DNA of 63,774 bases, filler included, from Thraustochytrium aureum (taxonomy: Eukaryota), in the NCBI GenBank assembly GCA_012862495.1. It is 5 parts of 2 records of this genome, joined end to end, with 100 filler letters (N's around TTAATTAATTAA, not from the genome) between each part and the next. Parts side by side here need not be neighbours in the genome. Positions count along the whole stretch, not along the records: positions 1 to 23,827 come from BLSG01000216.1; positions 23,928 to 43,666 come from BLSG01000216.1; 3 more parts are not named here. One strand, 5' to 3'. How positions within the stretch are numbered: the stretch's first letter is position 1; each line of letters starts with the position of its first letter. The position numbers and the translations under genes are program-made. Below, piece by piece: positions 21,463-33,091 of the stretch. The notes under the pieces are model-generated. The model ran no database searches. It saw only the letters and a program-made list of their open reading frames with translations, and was not told the DNA's origin.

Positions 21463-23616
21463 ATGGCCGAGCCCACCGGCGCCCGTGAGCGAGCGCAGCA
21501 GCGCCAAGCAAGCTGGCGCGCAACGTCTAGGCGCCGCCGTGCTGCATGCAAGGGCTCCGGAGCGGCCTCGAGGATGGTGGTGGAGAGGGTTGGGTCTGGT
21601 TTCGTCATTCTTTCACAACGGACACTTCGGTTTTGGCATCGTTTTGGCCTGCATGTCGCGCTCGAGCTCCGAGCAGTGATGGATTGGCCTGCCGGGGACG
21701 CGCGGCGAGCTCGGTAGAAGCTGGAGGAGGCACAGGCAGTGGAGGTCCCGAGCGCGTGGTCGCTTGGTTCACGGAATTGTAAAGGGCTGGTGTCGCGGAT
21801 CGAGGGCTCTGCCTGGCCGCCGATTCATCCGCACGCGGAGCCTCTCTGAGCCGCTCGAGCTCCAGGGCGCTCGAGGAGACGCCGACGCGCAGAACGACAC
21901 AATCGACCGCTTTTGCGCGCGATGGAGCCACCGACGTGCGGGGAGACGCTCGCGAGGGAGACGCACATTGTCGCGGTGGGCGCGCTGATCACGAGCGTTA
22001 CGCGGCTGGTAGAGCTTGCTGTACCTGGGCTTGATGGCGGTAGGTGCTGCGAGGAGCCGGAAGCGGCGCTGTACTTGGCTGCAAAGAGCGTGCTGTCGGC
22101 CTCCATTCTGATGGGGTACTACATCCTATTTCTGTACTTGCAGGTGGAAAAGCGCATCGCAAGCAGCCTAGCTCTCGTGCTGCTCAGCATCCTCATTCTT
22201 TGCCCTGCGGTGCTGACACAGGTTGGCATGATCATCGGACTCGGTCTCGTTCAGGAGGGCGTTGGGGAGAGCTTTACAGTATTCGGTATTCAGTTGCTGT
22301 GCACGATAGCCGTCTACGGCATCGTGCGTGCGCTCCAGCTCTTCTTCATCGGTTCGATCGACTTCCCGCCTCACCCAAGCAGCCAATCTAAGAGTTCGCA
22401 CGTCAGCAGACGCACGGAAACCAGCAGGCTGCACAGCAGCAAAGCCAGCAGCGGGCTCGGGACGCACGCGTCCCAATCAAGCGCGAGGAAAACGACAGAC
22501 GAACTGCAGATTTATATAGGCGATACGACCAGCGAAGCACTCAGCCCCCACCACGGCGGCCAAGCGGTGCCTCGGCAACCTACTCGGAGCCACGGTTCTC
22601 CACCGCGAGCCATCGAATTTCCAACCAGCGAAACCCGGTGGCCAGTCGAGACAGTCAACCCGATGGTGTCGCGTCGAACAGCACCTGGAAACCCCCAGCG
22701 ATTTTCTCAAAACGCTGGAGACAAGAGCCAGCGCTCGCCTCGTCGCGGCGAGCCAACTTCCGGGCTCTCGCCCCTCGAGGTGCCGAGCCCAACAAGCGTC
22801 GGCTCAACAAGGAGGAGCCCGCGCAGTCCTGGCACGTTGAGCCCGATCGGGGGGACGCCCCACGGTTCGCCACGACGACAGCAGCACCAGCAGAGTGCTG
22901 ATCGACGGGCAGGCAACTTGAAGAAGGCGACCCACCACCCCTTGATTCTCCCGACGAGCCCAAACAGCGCGAGGAGCTCGGACAGCAGCATGGCCAGTCG
23001 CCGATCGGAGGGTCCCACGAAGGGCGGCCGGACCTCGTCGCCACGCACGACGCAAAGCAGGCTGCGGCAGGGGGCGCACACCTCGCCCTCCACCACTTCC
23101 TCCAGGCCGAGCCACCGCTCGGCGGCCTCAAGCACGTCTTCTAGTGGCTCGTACGCGACGACCAGTTCGCAGGAGCGCGTGGCCATCCCGTTCTCCCTGG
23201 AGCTCGTCGAGGAGTTCGACTCGCTGATCGACGAGGGCTTCGCCGTTGCGCACGTCATTAACTTTGACGATGCGGCGGAAGGCTTGCCAGAGGGCGCAGA
23301 GGCTACGCTAAACGTGGAGTCGTACTTTTGGGACGCGGCATACTGCGAAGCAGTGATGACCTGCTCTGAAACGGCGCGCCGCGAGACCGTCTCGAGTTTG
23401 GCGCGCGGCTCCGCTTTCCCTCCAAAGTTTTACACGGGGCTCATTGGGCTTACGCGCGGGTGCAGCGCGGTTGTCGTGGTCGCCCCGACCAAGGTGCCTG
23501 AGCCTACGCAGCGATGGAGCGGGCGCCCGGATCCTGCGACGTGCCACATGATATACCACGTCGAGGTGGTCGACTGGCGAGCTGGCGCGGACGCCAGGGC
23601 CTCGACAGGACTCTAA
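21463..23616 (+). CDS. Hypothetical membrane protein: ~4 TM helices, long S/P/R-rich disordered region, small globular C-terminal domain; 5' part (21463-21912) broken by indels
   Basis: 567-aa ORF 21913-23616 with hydrophobic segments (SILMGYYILFLYL, LALVLLSILILCPAVL, FTVFGIQLLCTIAVYGIV) and SP/SPR-rich linker. Confidence 0.6.
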
Positions 23617-23827
23617 CTCGGGAGCCGACCATGGGCGCCCCTTCGATATCGACGCCGCCGAGCCAAGGCGGCGCAACTGGCTTTATCTGCCGGGCGTCAC
23701 CAGGGGTCGATTTCCGGGTGGGCGGCCGTGAGGAGCCGCTCGACGCGGCCTTGGACCACAGAGTAGGTGCAGGGCCCAAAGTGGTCGAGGCACCGGTGCG
23801 CACAGCTGCGTTCTTCGCCGCGCCAGA

Positions 23828-23927
23828 NNNNNNNNNNNNNNNNNNNNNNNNNNNNNNNNNNNNNNNNNNNNTTAATTAATTAANNNNNNNNNNNNNNNNN
23901 NNNNNNNNNNNNNNNNNNNNNNNNNNN
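23828..23927. other. Artificial scaffold-joining spacer N44-TTAATTAATTAA-N44
   Basis: Exactly 100 nt; the 12-mer puts stops in all six frames; identical at four places. Confidence 0.97.
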
Positions 23928-23937
23928 ATCGCCGCGT

Positions 23938-24519
23938 TTACGTCAGGTCAGGTCGAGTTAGGCTTGGAGCAGGTGCCGTCACTTCTTGCTGGGTCGTTTC
24001 GCACTCGAGGCGTGGCCGAGCCTCTCTGGCTCTGGCCTGCCAGCACTGGAGATTCGCGTCTCCGGCGCTCGCCGCGCGGTGCGTCGGTGGTGGCAGCTTC
24101 AGGCGCGCCTTGCGCACGCGTTCACAGTCCTCTGCGTTGGCGCTTCTGCCCCAATTGAAATGGCCGTTCGCTCTTGCAATCAGCAGCAACTCACTCGACT
24201 GGCCGCTCGCTTTGGCGTAGCTCGAGCCTGGCTTGCGCGAGTGGCGCGAGAAGCCCGCCCTGAAGGAAGGCGTTGTACTTGTTTTCAAATCAGCAGGCGT
24301 CTGAGGCAGATCTCCATACGTCCGCCTCGATGTTGGCATCCACCGGATAGTGCCACTCTGCCAGGCTCTCTGCGCGGCTCGGCGACCTGGAGCCGCTCTC
24401 GGGGCGGGGCGGGGCGTCTTGCGCGAGTCGATGTCTGTCAGTGTCGGTTGGGAATAAAGCGGGGTAATCGCCTGTCTCCAAGGTTCGAATAAATAGTGGG
24501 ATTTAGATCCGCTGGCCAA
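23938..24519 (-). CDS. Possible hypothetical protein at the scaffold edge, divergent from the EF-hand gene
   Basis: 193-aa ORF with no recognisable domain; boundaries uncertain. Confidence 0.25.
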   Translation of the reverse strand: MASGSKSHYLFEPWRQAITPLYSQPTLTDIDSRKTPRPAPRAAPGRRAAQRAWQSGTIRWMPTSRRTYGDLPQTPADLKTSTTPSFRAGFSRHSRKPGSSYAKASGQSSELLLIARANGHFNWGRSANAEDCERVRKARLKLPPPTHRAASAGDANLQCWQARAREARPRLECETTQQEVTAPAPSLTRPDLT

Positions 24520-25226
24520 CCGATAGAATGCTGCTCCAGCCGCTCGGCCTCGTTGTCATCATCATCGTCACCAGCGGCGGCGGCGCAGCAGAGGAGGAGG
24601 TGAGCTGATCTGAGCTAAGTGAGATCGTGCCTGGCTTTGCACGGCCTCACGGGTTGCTCGTTGCGAGGTGAGAGAGTTGAGCCATTGTCGAGGCGGCTTT
24701 CCTCCCGACAGGCGAGCAAAGGGCGTGCTTCTCGTCACCGCCGGCCTGCCTGCTTGCTTGCCTTGTTCGCTTGCAATTGGGGGAGTTGAGTTGGCGTTGC
24801 TTTGCAGGCTGGTTCGCGTCTGGCCAAGTAGCGGTTGGAAAGGCGGCTGCTTGCCTGGTCGGAAGCCTGTCCACAAGCGCGTCTAAACCTAGCCAAGGAA
24901 GGCATCAAGCTCGGGCGTGCAGACGCAACGCGCAGACGAGACGCGCAACGCCAGGACAGCCGCGGAGCAGGGGTCGAAGNNNNNNNNNNNNNNNNNNNNN
25001 NNNNNNNNNNNNNNNNNNNNNNNNNNNNNNNNNNNNNNNNNNNNNNNNNNNNNNNNNNNNNNNNNNNNNNNNNNNNNNNNNNNNNNNNNNNNNNNNNNNN
25101 NNNNNNNNNNNNNNNNNNNNNNNNNNNNNNNNNNNNNNNNNNNNNNNNNNNNNNNNNNNNNNNNNNNNNNNNNNNNNNNNNNNNNNNNNNNNNNNNNNNN
25201 NNNNNNNNNNNNNNNNNNNNNAAGCG

Positions 25227-28117
25227 ATGTCAGTTGAGCTAGGTAGCGATGCGGACGTGGCGGGTGTGCTCCGTCGGTTGCAGGACTTTACACGTCAGCA
25301 CCGCGTGCGGTGGGAGTCCCTCTTCCGCGACGCCGACAGGCACAACCACAAGGTGGTCACTGAGCACGCTTTTGTCCGCGGGCTCAAAGCGAGCAAGGCT
25401 GTTCTGGGGGAGCAAGATGTCGTCGCCTTGACGAGCGCGTTCCACGTGCGCGGTGGCGTCAATTACGAGGCATTTTGCGACCGCATCAACGAAGTGTTCA
25501 CACAAAAGGGCCTTGAGCGCGCCCCGCAGCGGGCTGTGCGAGAGGTCCTCCCGTCAAGGACCAACCTTCACTACAAGGCAGCCAAGAACGCTCTTTCGCG
25601 AGAGGAGAGCGAGGAGCTCGAGTATGTCCTGGAAAAGATCAGCTACAAGGTGCGGACCGAGTGCATCGTCCTGAAGCGCTTCTTCTGCGACTTTGACCGG
25701 CACCGCAACGGGTTCGTCACCAAGGAGCAGTTTAAACGTGGCTTTTGCATATGCTCTGCGACAAGGACAGCAGCTTCGAGCGATTCGCCGAAGTGCTCGT
25801 CCGATCCTACGAGGACCCGCGCGGAGACGTCAACTACAAGCGCTTCACCGACGATGTCGAAGCCCGCGTCGCCATCGCAAGCAACAGCGCGGCAGCGAAT
25901 CGCAACCCACTTGCGGCAGCCAAGGCCGCCCAGCGTGCTTCGGGGCGCCCCGGCGTTTTCTGCGAGACCAAAGAGGCTGGCTTTTCGGACGAACTCGGCC
26001 TCTCTGGCACGCTTCGGTCGATGCGAGACATCGTGCGCACGCAGGGCCTTGGGCTTGGCGCGTTTTTCACCGATTTGGACCGCATGCGCAAAGGCATCGT
26101 GACGCGCGGGCAGTTCAAGGCGGCGATCACGTCCGCGTTCGAGAAGCGAGTCTATCTCAGTGCAGCGCTGCTGAACGAGCTCGCCGACCGGTACAGCTCG
26201 TCCGCGAAGTTTCACGATGGCGAGGCGTCTGATCACGACTGTGTTGTTCGCTATGGCGAATTCGTGGACGAAGTCGACGACCAAGCGGCCAATGTTCGCG
26301 ACCTCCACCGCAAACCGACCAAGCAGGCCGGATCGCCACACAGAGGCGACCAGGCAGCAGTCCCGGAGACCGCAGACGAGAGTGCGGAGAGCCACGGAAT
26401 CGAAATGATCCGCAGCCATGTGCGCACGCGCCGAATCAACCTCAAGCCCGGATTTCAGGACTTTGACAAACTTCATCGCGGAGTCGTGACTCCGGCACAG
26501 TTCGAGCGGGTCCTCAAGGTTGAGCTCGCCTGTCTGAACGGCGCTGATCGGTACTTTGCAGAGCTCGCATCGCGATTCGCGCGTCCCATGGGCCGCGGTG
26601 TCGACTATATGCGCTTCATCGCGTTCTTGGAGCCCGAGCCGCGGCACAAGGCCTCCTCCCTGCTTTCGAGCGCAGCCAAGCTCAGTTTGCGCTCCCCACG
26701 CTCGCTCAGCCAGCAGGCCTCCGCGGGCGCTGCGGCATCGCGCGAAGAGGCTCTGCACGCTTTGAGGCTGCAGACCAAGACGCTGCGGATCCGACTCTCC
26801 GATTTTCTTCGGGACGCGGACCGTCAGCACCACGGGGTAATCACGGTTTCCAGCTTGAAGCGCGGCCTTTCGCGCGCGCGAATCAGCATTCCGGACGACT
26901 TGCTCGAGGCCCTCATCGAGCCGTACATTGTGCGCGATGGCAACGAGCCGGATTCTTCCTTGTACAAGGTCCAGTGGCGCGACCTGGTGCGCGAAGTGGA
27001 GCTCGTTGAGGTGATCCCGGGCCTCGAGCGTGACCCGTCGAACAGCGGAACGGCTGCCACGCTTGTCAGGCACAAGCTCACAGGAGCAAAGGACCTGAAA
27101 TGTAGCGAAGCGCGGGCTGCGGTGGACGACGTGCTTTCCAAGATCGCACAGTGCGTTCTTACGGACCGGATCCTGCTCCTGCCCTCTTTCAAGATTCACG
27201 ACAAGCTCAACTCGGGCAAGCTCACGCCACCCATCTTTCGCCGCGCTCTGGAGACGCTGTCGCTCAAGCCACTGCGCCATGTCCCGGAGCAGGTCCTCGA
27301 GGACCTCGCAGTGCGCTTTTCCGAGGGCCGTGGCCCCGTCGACCGAATGATCAACTACAAGGAGTTTCTGGCCGTTGTCGACCCCTCGGAGACCCGCAAG
27401 GCCGGCCCAAGCCCAGTGGTTTCGCGGCTCTCAGCGCTCGCGAGGCAGAGCAACCAATCGGAGGAGAGCGGCTTTGACGCGCAGCGGGACCTCGACGCGC
27501 GAGTAGAGGACATCATGAACGACCTCAAGGACCAGGCTTGGAGCCGTGGGGTTCGCGTGAAAAGCTTTCTCGAGGACTACGACCGCCTTCGGAAGGGTTT
27601 CGTTCCCAAGTCCAAGTTTGAGAGTGCGCTTCTGATGGCCGGCCTGAGCATCCCGCACGCCGCGCTCAGCATCCTCACAAGCAAATTTTCGGCTCCAAGC
27701 GACCCGAACGCGGTTGCATACCTGCCGTTTGTGCACGCAATCGACGGCGGCGACGAGCGTCTCGAGTCAGATCCAACTGGCTCCCTTCGCTCGCGCAAGC
27801 CCCGCGCGTTTGAGGAGCGCCACGTCCGCGTTGCGTCTCCTGACGCGCTCGAGCGGGTCCTGAACCCAATGAGGCATGTCGTTCGGCTTCGTAGCCTGCA
27901 CCTGTTGGAGGCTTTTGGCAACTTTGACACTTCGCGGCTCAAGTCCATCACACTCCGCCAGTTCTCTGCTGTGCTCAAGACAAACGGACTTCTACCGCTC
28001 GACAAGGTAGACGACTGTCTGGAGATCTTGCACAAGGCGTTCCCGGCCCGCCACGAGGAGAAGATCGACTACGTTTCGTTTGTGAACGAGCTCGAGGCTG
28101 GCATCTCGCGCAAGTAG
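25227..28117 (+). CDS. Large multi-EF-hand protein (EFCAB6-like / axonemal-type architecture); 1-nt deletion ~25743-25746
   Basis: Repeated units FRDADRHNHKVVT, FCDFDRHRNGFVTKEQF, FTDLDRMRKGIVTRGQF, FQDFDKLHRGVVTPAQF, LEDYDRLRKGFV and FGNFDTSRLKSIT, each followed by a VNY/VDY/INY second hand. Confidence 0.85.
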
Positions 28118-28362
28118 AGTGTCGCGCCAACTCGCTGCGGAGCAGCACGATTAAAAAATCAGCTTACAACTAGGCGCCCACAACAAGCGCCGCTTTGTCA
28201 GCGGAGGTCTTCAGGTGCTCTCTAGCCTAGCTGGAGAGAGAGTAGTAGAGCGAGCTAGCTACTAGAGCTTGCGTAGAGGTTAGGAATCGACTGGAGCTTT
28301 TGAGAAACTAGCAGATGAGGAAGGGCGCTGCTCGCCGGCCTGGGTCTTTTCGTCTGTTGCCA

Positions 28363-30460
28363 TCAAGACCAGCCAGAGGGGGCCGGGCTCACGTCAAGGA
28401 GAGTGCCAGGCAGCAAAGCACTCCCCGGGAGGGCTCCGAGGCGTTCGCGGACAGGGTCCAAACCAGGATCCCCGAGCACCTTTGCGAGCATGTCTTTCGC
28501 CGTTATCGCGCGCTTGACCTTGTTCACCTCCCCCGTCTCCTCGTCGACCACAATGTCCTCCTCCTCCAGCTCGCCTGAGAGAACGAATTTGAAGAGCGAG
28601 GGCGAAAAGCCGCTCAGCAGTACGACGCCCTCCATGTCGCTCCTGGCCGGAAATCCAACCGTCGCGCTCCTCACGTTCCAGAAGACGATCTTTGGTGCAG
28701 GATAACCAGAGTCGGCAGCTAGCGCGAATGTCTGGTGCACTGCGGGCGTGCGGGAATTGTGACGGCCGTTGCTCTCGTCGAACTGCATGTCACTCACAAC
28801 GATCAAGGTTGGGAACTCGTCTGGCGACAATCCCTGGCTCCTTGCGACATCAAGGATCAATCTGATCGCGCGATAGTAGTTGGTTGACATCCCCCACGTT
28901 GCAGAAATCATCGAATCAACCTTCTCCGAGAACGTGGCATCCGGGTCCAGCGTGTGCCATGTCGGTTTCTCAGAGAATGTCAGGACTCTGTTTCGAAACG
29001 CCGGGTGGGAAATCTCCGAGCACAGGATACCAAGGCCGATCGCAACGTCCATGGGCGTGCCGGACATGCTGCCCGACGTGTCCGCCATCACAACGGCATT
29101 CGTGAGGTCGACCGGGAGCGCTCCCATTCCTTGCGCTGCTTGCTGGCGGAGGAATTCCTTTCGGCGGCGAATCTCATCGAGCACGCCTTCCCGCATCGCC
29201 TTCCACTGCGCGTCGACGACGAGGGCTTTTGCTCGGCTTTTGGCCGCCTCCCCATTCGCGGCGCTCACCAGCTCATGCGGGAACATCTGTTTGCCCTTGA
29301 CTCCGGCTTTNNNNNNNNNNNNNNNNNNNNNNNNNNNNNNNNNNNNNNNNNNNNNNNNNNNNNNNNNNNNNNNNNNNNNNNNNNNNNNNNNNNNNNNNNN
29401 NNNNNNNNNNNNNNNNNNNNNNNNNNNNNNNNNNNNNNNNNNNNNNNNNNNNNNNNNNNNNNNNNNCATTGAGGAAGGCCGACGCGTTTCGGTTTAGGCA
29501 AACCGAGGGGACGCTGGAATAGTCGATTTCGCTGAACTTTTTGGCGCACATGAGGGTTTCAGTGACCTGGAGGTGCTTGCGCATGCGTACGACGTCGAGC
29601 CTGAACTGCCTTTTGCGGTCCGCGCGGTCGCCGTACACTCGACTTGAGATCGCCCTGACGGCCTTGATTTTGGAGTCCAAGGCCAGCCCCTCGCTGGGAA
29701 CGAACTTGGCGTACAGCGACAAGGAAGCTTTTCTCGGTTTGCCTGGACCGTCCTCGAGGGTGCTGGGAGTTTGCTCTGCCTCGCGCGCCTCTGTTGCCGC
29801 CAGCAAGTCTAGGTCGGCGGCGTGCTGCTCTGCGGCCATTTCCCAGACCTTGTCAGCCAGCAAGGCGTACTGGCCGCCTTCATGAATGCTTGCAGGGCTC
29901 TCGTCTGCCGCAAGAGCAAGGAGCATGAATGGGTCCTTCCAGTAGCCATAGTCGGGAACGAGATCGATAGTCGCCAGCACGGCTTCGGGGCACACCGTGA
30001 AGAGCTTGAGGACTAGTTTGTGGAAAAGCAGCCTTTCCCCTTTCCCGCCGCGGCACCACCGCGTCTGAAAGGCGACCAAGAAAAGGCGACGCATCTCGTC
30101 CGCGTCGCGCTTCTCACGTGCACGGTCAACCACGACCTGCAGAAAATTGTAGAGATATTCGTCGGACACGTCCCGAGTCAAACGGTCGAACAGGGCAAGA
30201 AGATCGTCACCCATAGCCTCCGCAGTCAGCTCGAAGTGGCCGTTCTCGCCAAGCACGCCCAGACGCTCGTCCGAGTCCGCTTCTCCCACACTAGATCCGG
30301 GGCTTTCCGCGCCATCACCTGATTTCTCGAGGTTGATGCCGCTCAGGCCCTCCGAGATGCCAGCTGACGGGACGGCCGCCGTTTCGTTCGGCGTCTCCTG
30401 GGCGTCGGCTTCAGTCGAGAAGCCCATCCCGTTCATCACACTGCGGAGCATCCCGGACAT
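28363..30460 (-). CDS. DUF2828 (TROVE-like helical) + vWA domain protein; gap 29311-29466
   Basis: FQTRWCRGGKGER, YGYWKD, SLYAKFVPSE, ETLMCAKKFSEIDYSSVPS; MIDAS ADTSGSM, WGMSTN, SDMQFD, IVFWN, SGFSP. Confidence 0.88.
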
Positions 30461-30712
30461 GGCGAATCGCTCTTGCGTGTCCCGGTTCTTGTCCAGCGCT
30501 TGCGCTGAGTTCAATTCGCGAAGGCGCAGCGTCAGCGTGGAGCTCACTCGGGCGTCCTGCAACGAACAGCGACGCGTTGGTGGCGGCTGATTCGTGTGTC
30601 TCAACTATCCACTAGCAGTTGGGGGTCTGCTGCTCGGCTGCGAGCGCTTGGGGTCTGTCTGTCTAATGTGGTGTCCTGGACGGAGCGTTGGCGGCGGATC
30701 ATTACCAGCCTG

Positions 30713-30867
30713 GATCGAGGTGTGAGAGAGTTCGGGTTCGCCTCGCCGCGTTGCTGGAAAGTTGGATGATCGGCTTGTGAGACTGTTCGCCGTTCGCATC
30801 GCCGTGTTGCTACGTTTGTTGAGGTCGTGGTGCACCGGTGCTGATGATCGACTTGTGAGAGAGTTTG
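30713..30867. repeat. Three degenerate direct repeats upstream of the DUF2828 gene
   Basis: 30713 gatcgaggtgtgagagagttcgg-gttcgcctcgccgcgttgct; 30768 gatcggcttgtgagactgttcgccgttcgcatcgccgtgttgct; 30846 gatcgacttgtgagagagttt. Confidence 0.8.
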
Positions 30868-31051
30868 CGGACCGCTTTGGGAGGGCGGGGGCCTGCAGAG
30901 AGTACTCGAGTACTCCGCTCGGGAGTGAGTACTCATTAGCAAGCCGAACGATCGAGTTCAGAGCTCAACATGGGCGTTGCAACAACGGTGTTGGCCGACC
31001 GAGCGCTCTGGGAACGATCTTGGACTAGAGCTCGAAAGAATGAAAGAATCT

Positions 31052-31547
31052 TCACTTTTTCTTCTTGCCCCTCTTCTTCCTGGCGCCAGACTTGCTCGAG
31101 CCCGGCTTCGGCAGCGTCGCGGCAAGGTCAACCGACCACGAGTCCTCGACCGCTTTAGGATCAGCAGGCAAATGCGCGCTCGCAGCAGGCTTGGCTTTGG
31201 CGCGCGCTTTTTCGATTTTCACAACCTCAACCTCGTAGATGAGGTCGCTGCCTGGCGGAATGGCAAACCCGCCTTCCTCGTCCGGGTAACCTCGATCGGC
31301 ATACCCCAGCGCGGCTGGCACGTGTATCCTCGCCTTCTCGCCAACAGAGAGGTCTTCAAACGCCTGGTTCCACCCGCGAATCAGGTCGTCCTGCCGAGGA
31401 CAAAAGGAACGGGTCCTGGGGCGGCAGCACGGCATGGAACGCCTTGCCTGTTTCCGCCAGCGTGCCATTGTAATACGCTTGCACCTTGTCGCCGTTGCTC
31501 GCGAACGTCTTGCCGTCTCCAGGGCCGAGCCGCTCCACCCTGATCAT
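31052..31547 (-). CDS. FKBP-type peptidyl-prolyl isomerase with Lys-rich tail; two deletions ~31395-31405; may extend 5' toward 32022
   Basis: IRVERLGPGDGKTF..GDKVQAYYNGTL, PF.FVLG..DLIRGW, LSVGEKARIHVPAALGY..G...IPPGSDLIYEVEV. Confidence 0.9.
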
Positions 31548-32290
31548 CCTCGCGCCGCGCGCTCAACCTTCCGGACGCGCGGACTCTCCTCTCCTCTCCG
31601 TCGCCCAGGACACCAGCGCGACGGCCTCGGCCTCGGCGCGTTCAACCGTCTGGACGCGCACGGACCCGTCGTCGCCCGGTGCACCTGACCGAGGTTGTCG
31701 AGCTCGAGGCCACGAGTCCACGCCACGATGGGATCCGCTCGCGCTTCCGCTCTCCTGGCAAATCCGAGCCCCGCACGCTGGCGCGCTGCCGTTGCAGCGG
31801 CGCCGGCAGCCTCCTTCGCCTCGCTCAGCGGCCGCGCGCGGGCGCGTCCAGGATGCGGGATCAGCTCGGGGAGATGGCGGGCGGGATGGCGCTTTTGGCG
31901 AGGACGATGCCCGCCGCAGTCACCGAAGGCTGGCCGAGGCGCGCCGGCGGGCAGGAGCTCCAGAAGCCACGCGCGGAGGCAGCAGGGACAGGGCGTCGCG
32001 AGACAGCAACGCACGGAGGAGCNNNNNNNNNNNNNNNNNNNNNNNNNNNNNNNNNNNNNNNNNNNNNNNNNNNNNNNNNNNNNNNNNNNNNNNNNNNNNN
32101 NNNNNNNNNNNNNNNNNNNNNNNNNNNNNNNNNNNNNNNNNNNNNNNNNNNNNNNNNNNNNNNNNNNNNNNNNNNNNNNNNNNNNNNNNNNNNNNNNNNN
32201 NNNNNNNNNNNNNNNNNNNNNNNNNNNNNNNNNNNNNNNNNNNNNNNNNNNNNNNNNNNNNNNNNNNNNNNNNNNNNNNNNNNNNNNNNN

Positions 32291-32920
32291 GCCAATACAG
32301 GCTGGAAAATGCACGAGGCAGGTAAGTTGAAGGCTCGTCGCCGGCTGGCTCGCCGCCGCTCGCCCGCTCGCTCGCTCGCTCGCTAGGCCAGGAGGCTGAT
32401 GCGCCACGAGCACCCCCCCGCAGCCCGCGTCACCAAGGCCGTCGCCGACGTCGACGTCTACATCGAGCAGCCGTGCCGCTCCTACGAAGAATGCCTGTCG
32501 ATTCGGCGCAGGATCGCGCATCCGTTCATCCTCGATGAGAACATCGACAGCATCGAGTGCCTGTTGAAAGCGCACGCAGAGGGCGCGATGGATTGCATCA
32601 ACCTCAAGATCAGCAAGGTCGGCGGCATCACCAAAGCGCGGCAGATTCGCGATTTGTGCGTTACGCTCGGCTACCCGATGACGATCGAAGACTCGTGGGG
32701 AGGCGACATAACGACGGCAGCTATCGCGCACCTTGCGCACAGCACTCCGGAGCCCTTTCGCTTCTCTGCGACCGACTTCAACTCGTACGTGACGGTTTCT
32801 ACGGCGAGCGGGGCGCCGTGCCGCAAGGACGGCAAGATGCGCGCTTCCAGCAGTCCGGGCCTGGGCATCAAGCCGCGCCTCGACGTGCTCGGCGAGCCCG
32901 TGTACACCTACGGAATTTGA
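32291..32920 (+). CDS. Enolase-superfamily (MR/MLE) enzyme most similar to bacterial cis-3-hydroxy-L-proline dehydratase; 5'-partial, intron 32322-32423
   Basis: Spliced product [74 protein letters not shown]. Confidence 0.85.
32322..32423 (+). other. Spliceosomal intron (102 nt) containing a (CTCG)n tract
   Basis: GTAAGT donor, GCTGAT branch-like site 32395-32400, CAG acceptor; removal restores [10 protein letters not shown]. Confidence 0.85.
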
Positions 32921-33091
32921 GGGCGTTGCCCACCTTGCGGCGCAGCACAAGCCAGTCGCGTGGCCACCCCAGAGTCTGTCAATATCATTTTCCCTTTTTG
33001 ACGACCCATCCTACGCGAAAATCATTTTCCTTTTCTGACGATCCATCCTACGCGCAGAGCAGTGCATGCAGCCGCTGCGTCGGGGCAGCTA

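Noticed and set aside
30696..30704. GGATCATTA, identical to the 3' end of 18S rRNA
   Set aside because: Only 9 nt with no flanking rRNA or ITS similarity; chance match
30713..30867. Spaced repeats as a CRISPR array or tRNA/snoRNA genes
   Set aside because: Only three degenerate copies with unequal spacing, eukaryotic context and no cas genes; no cloverleaf or matched C/D box pair could be built
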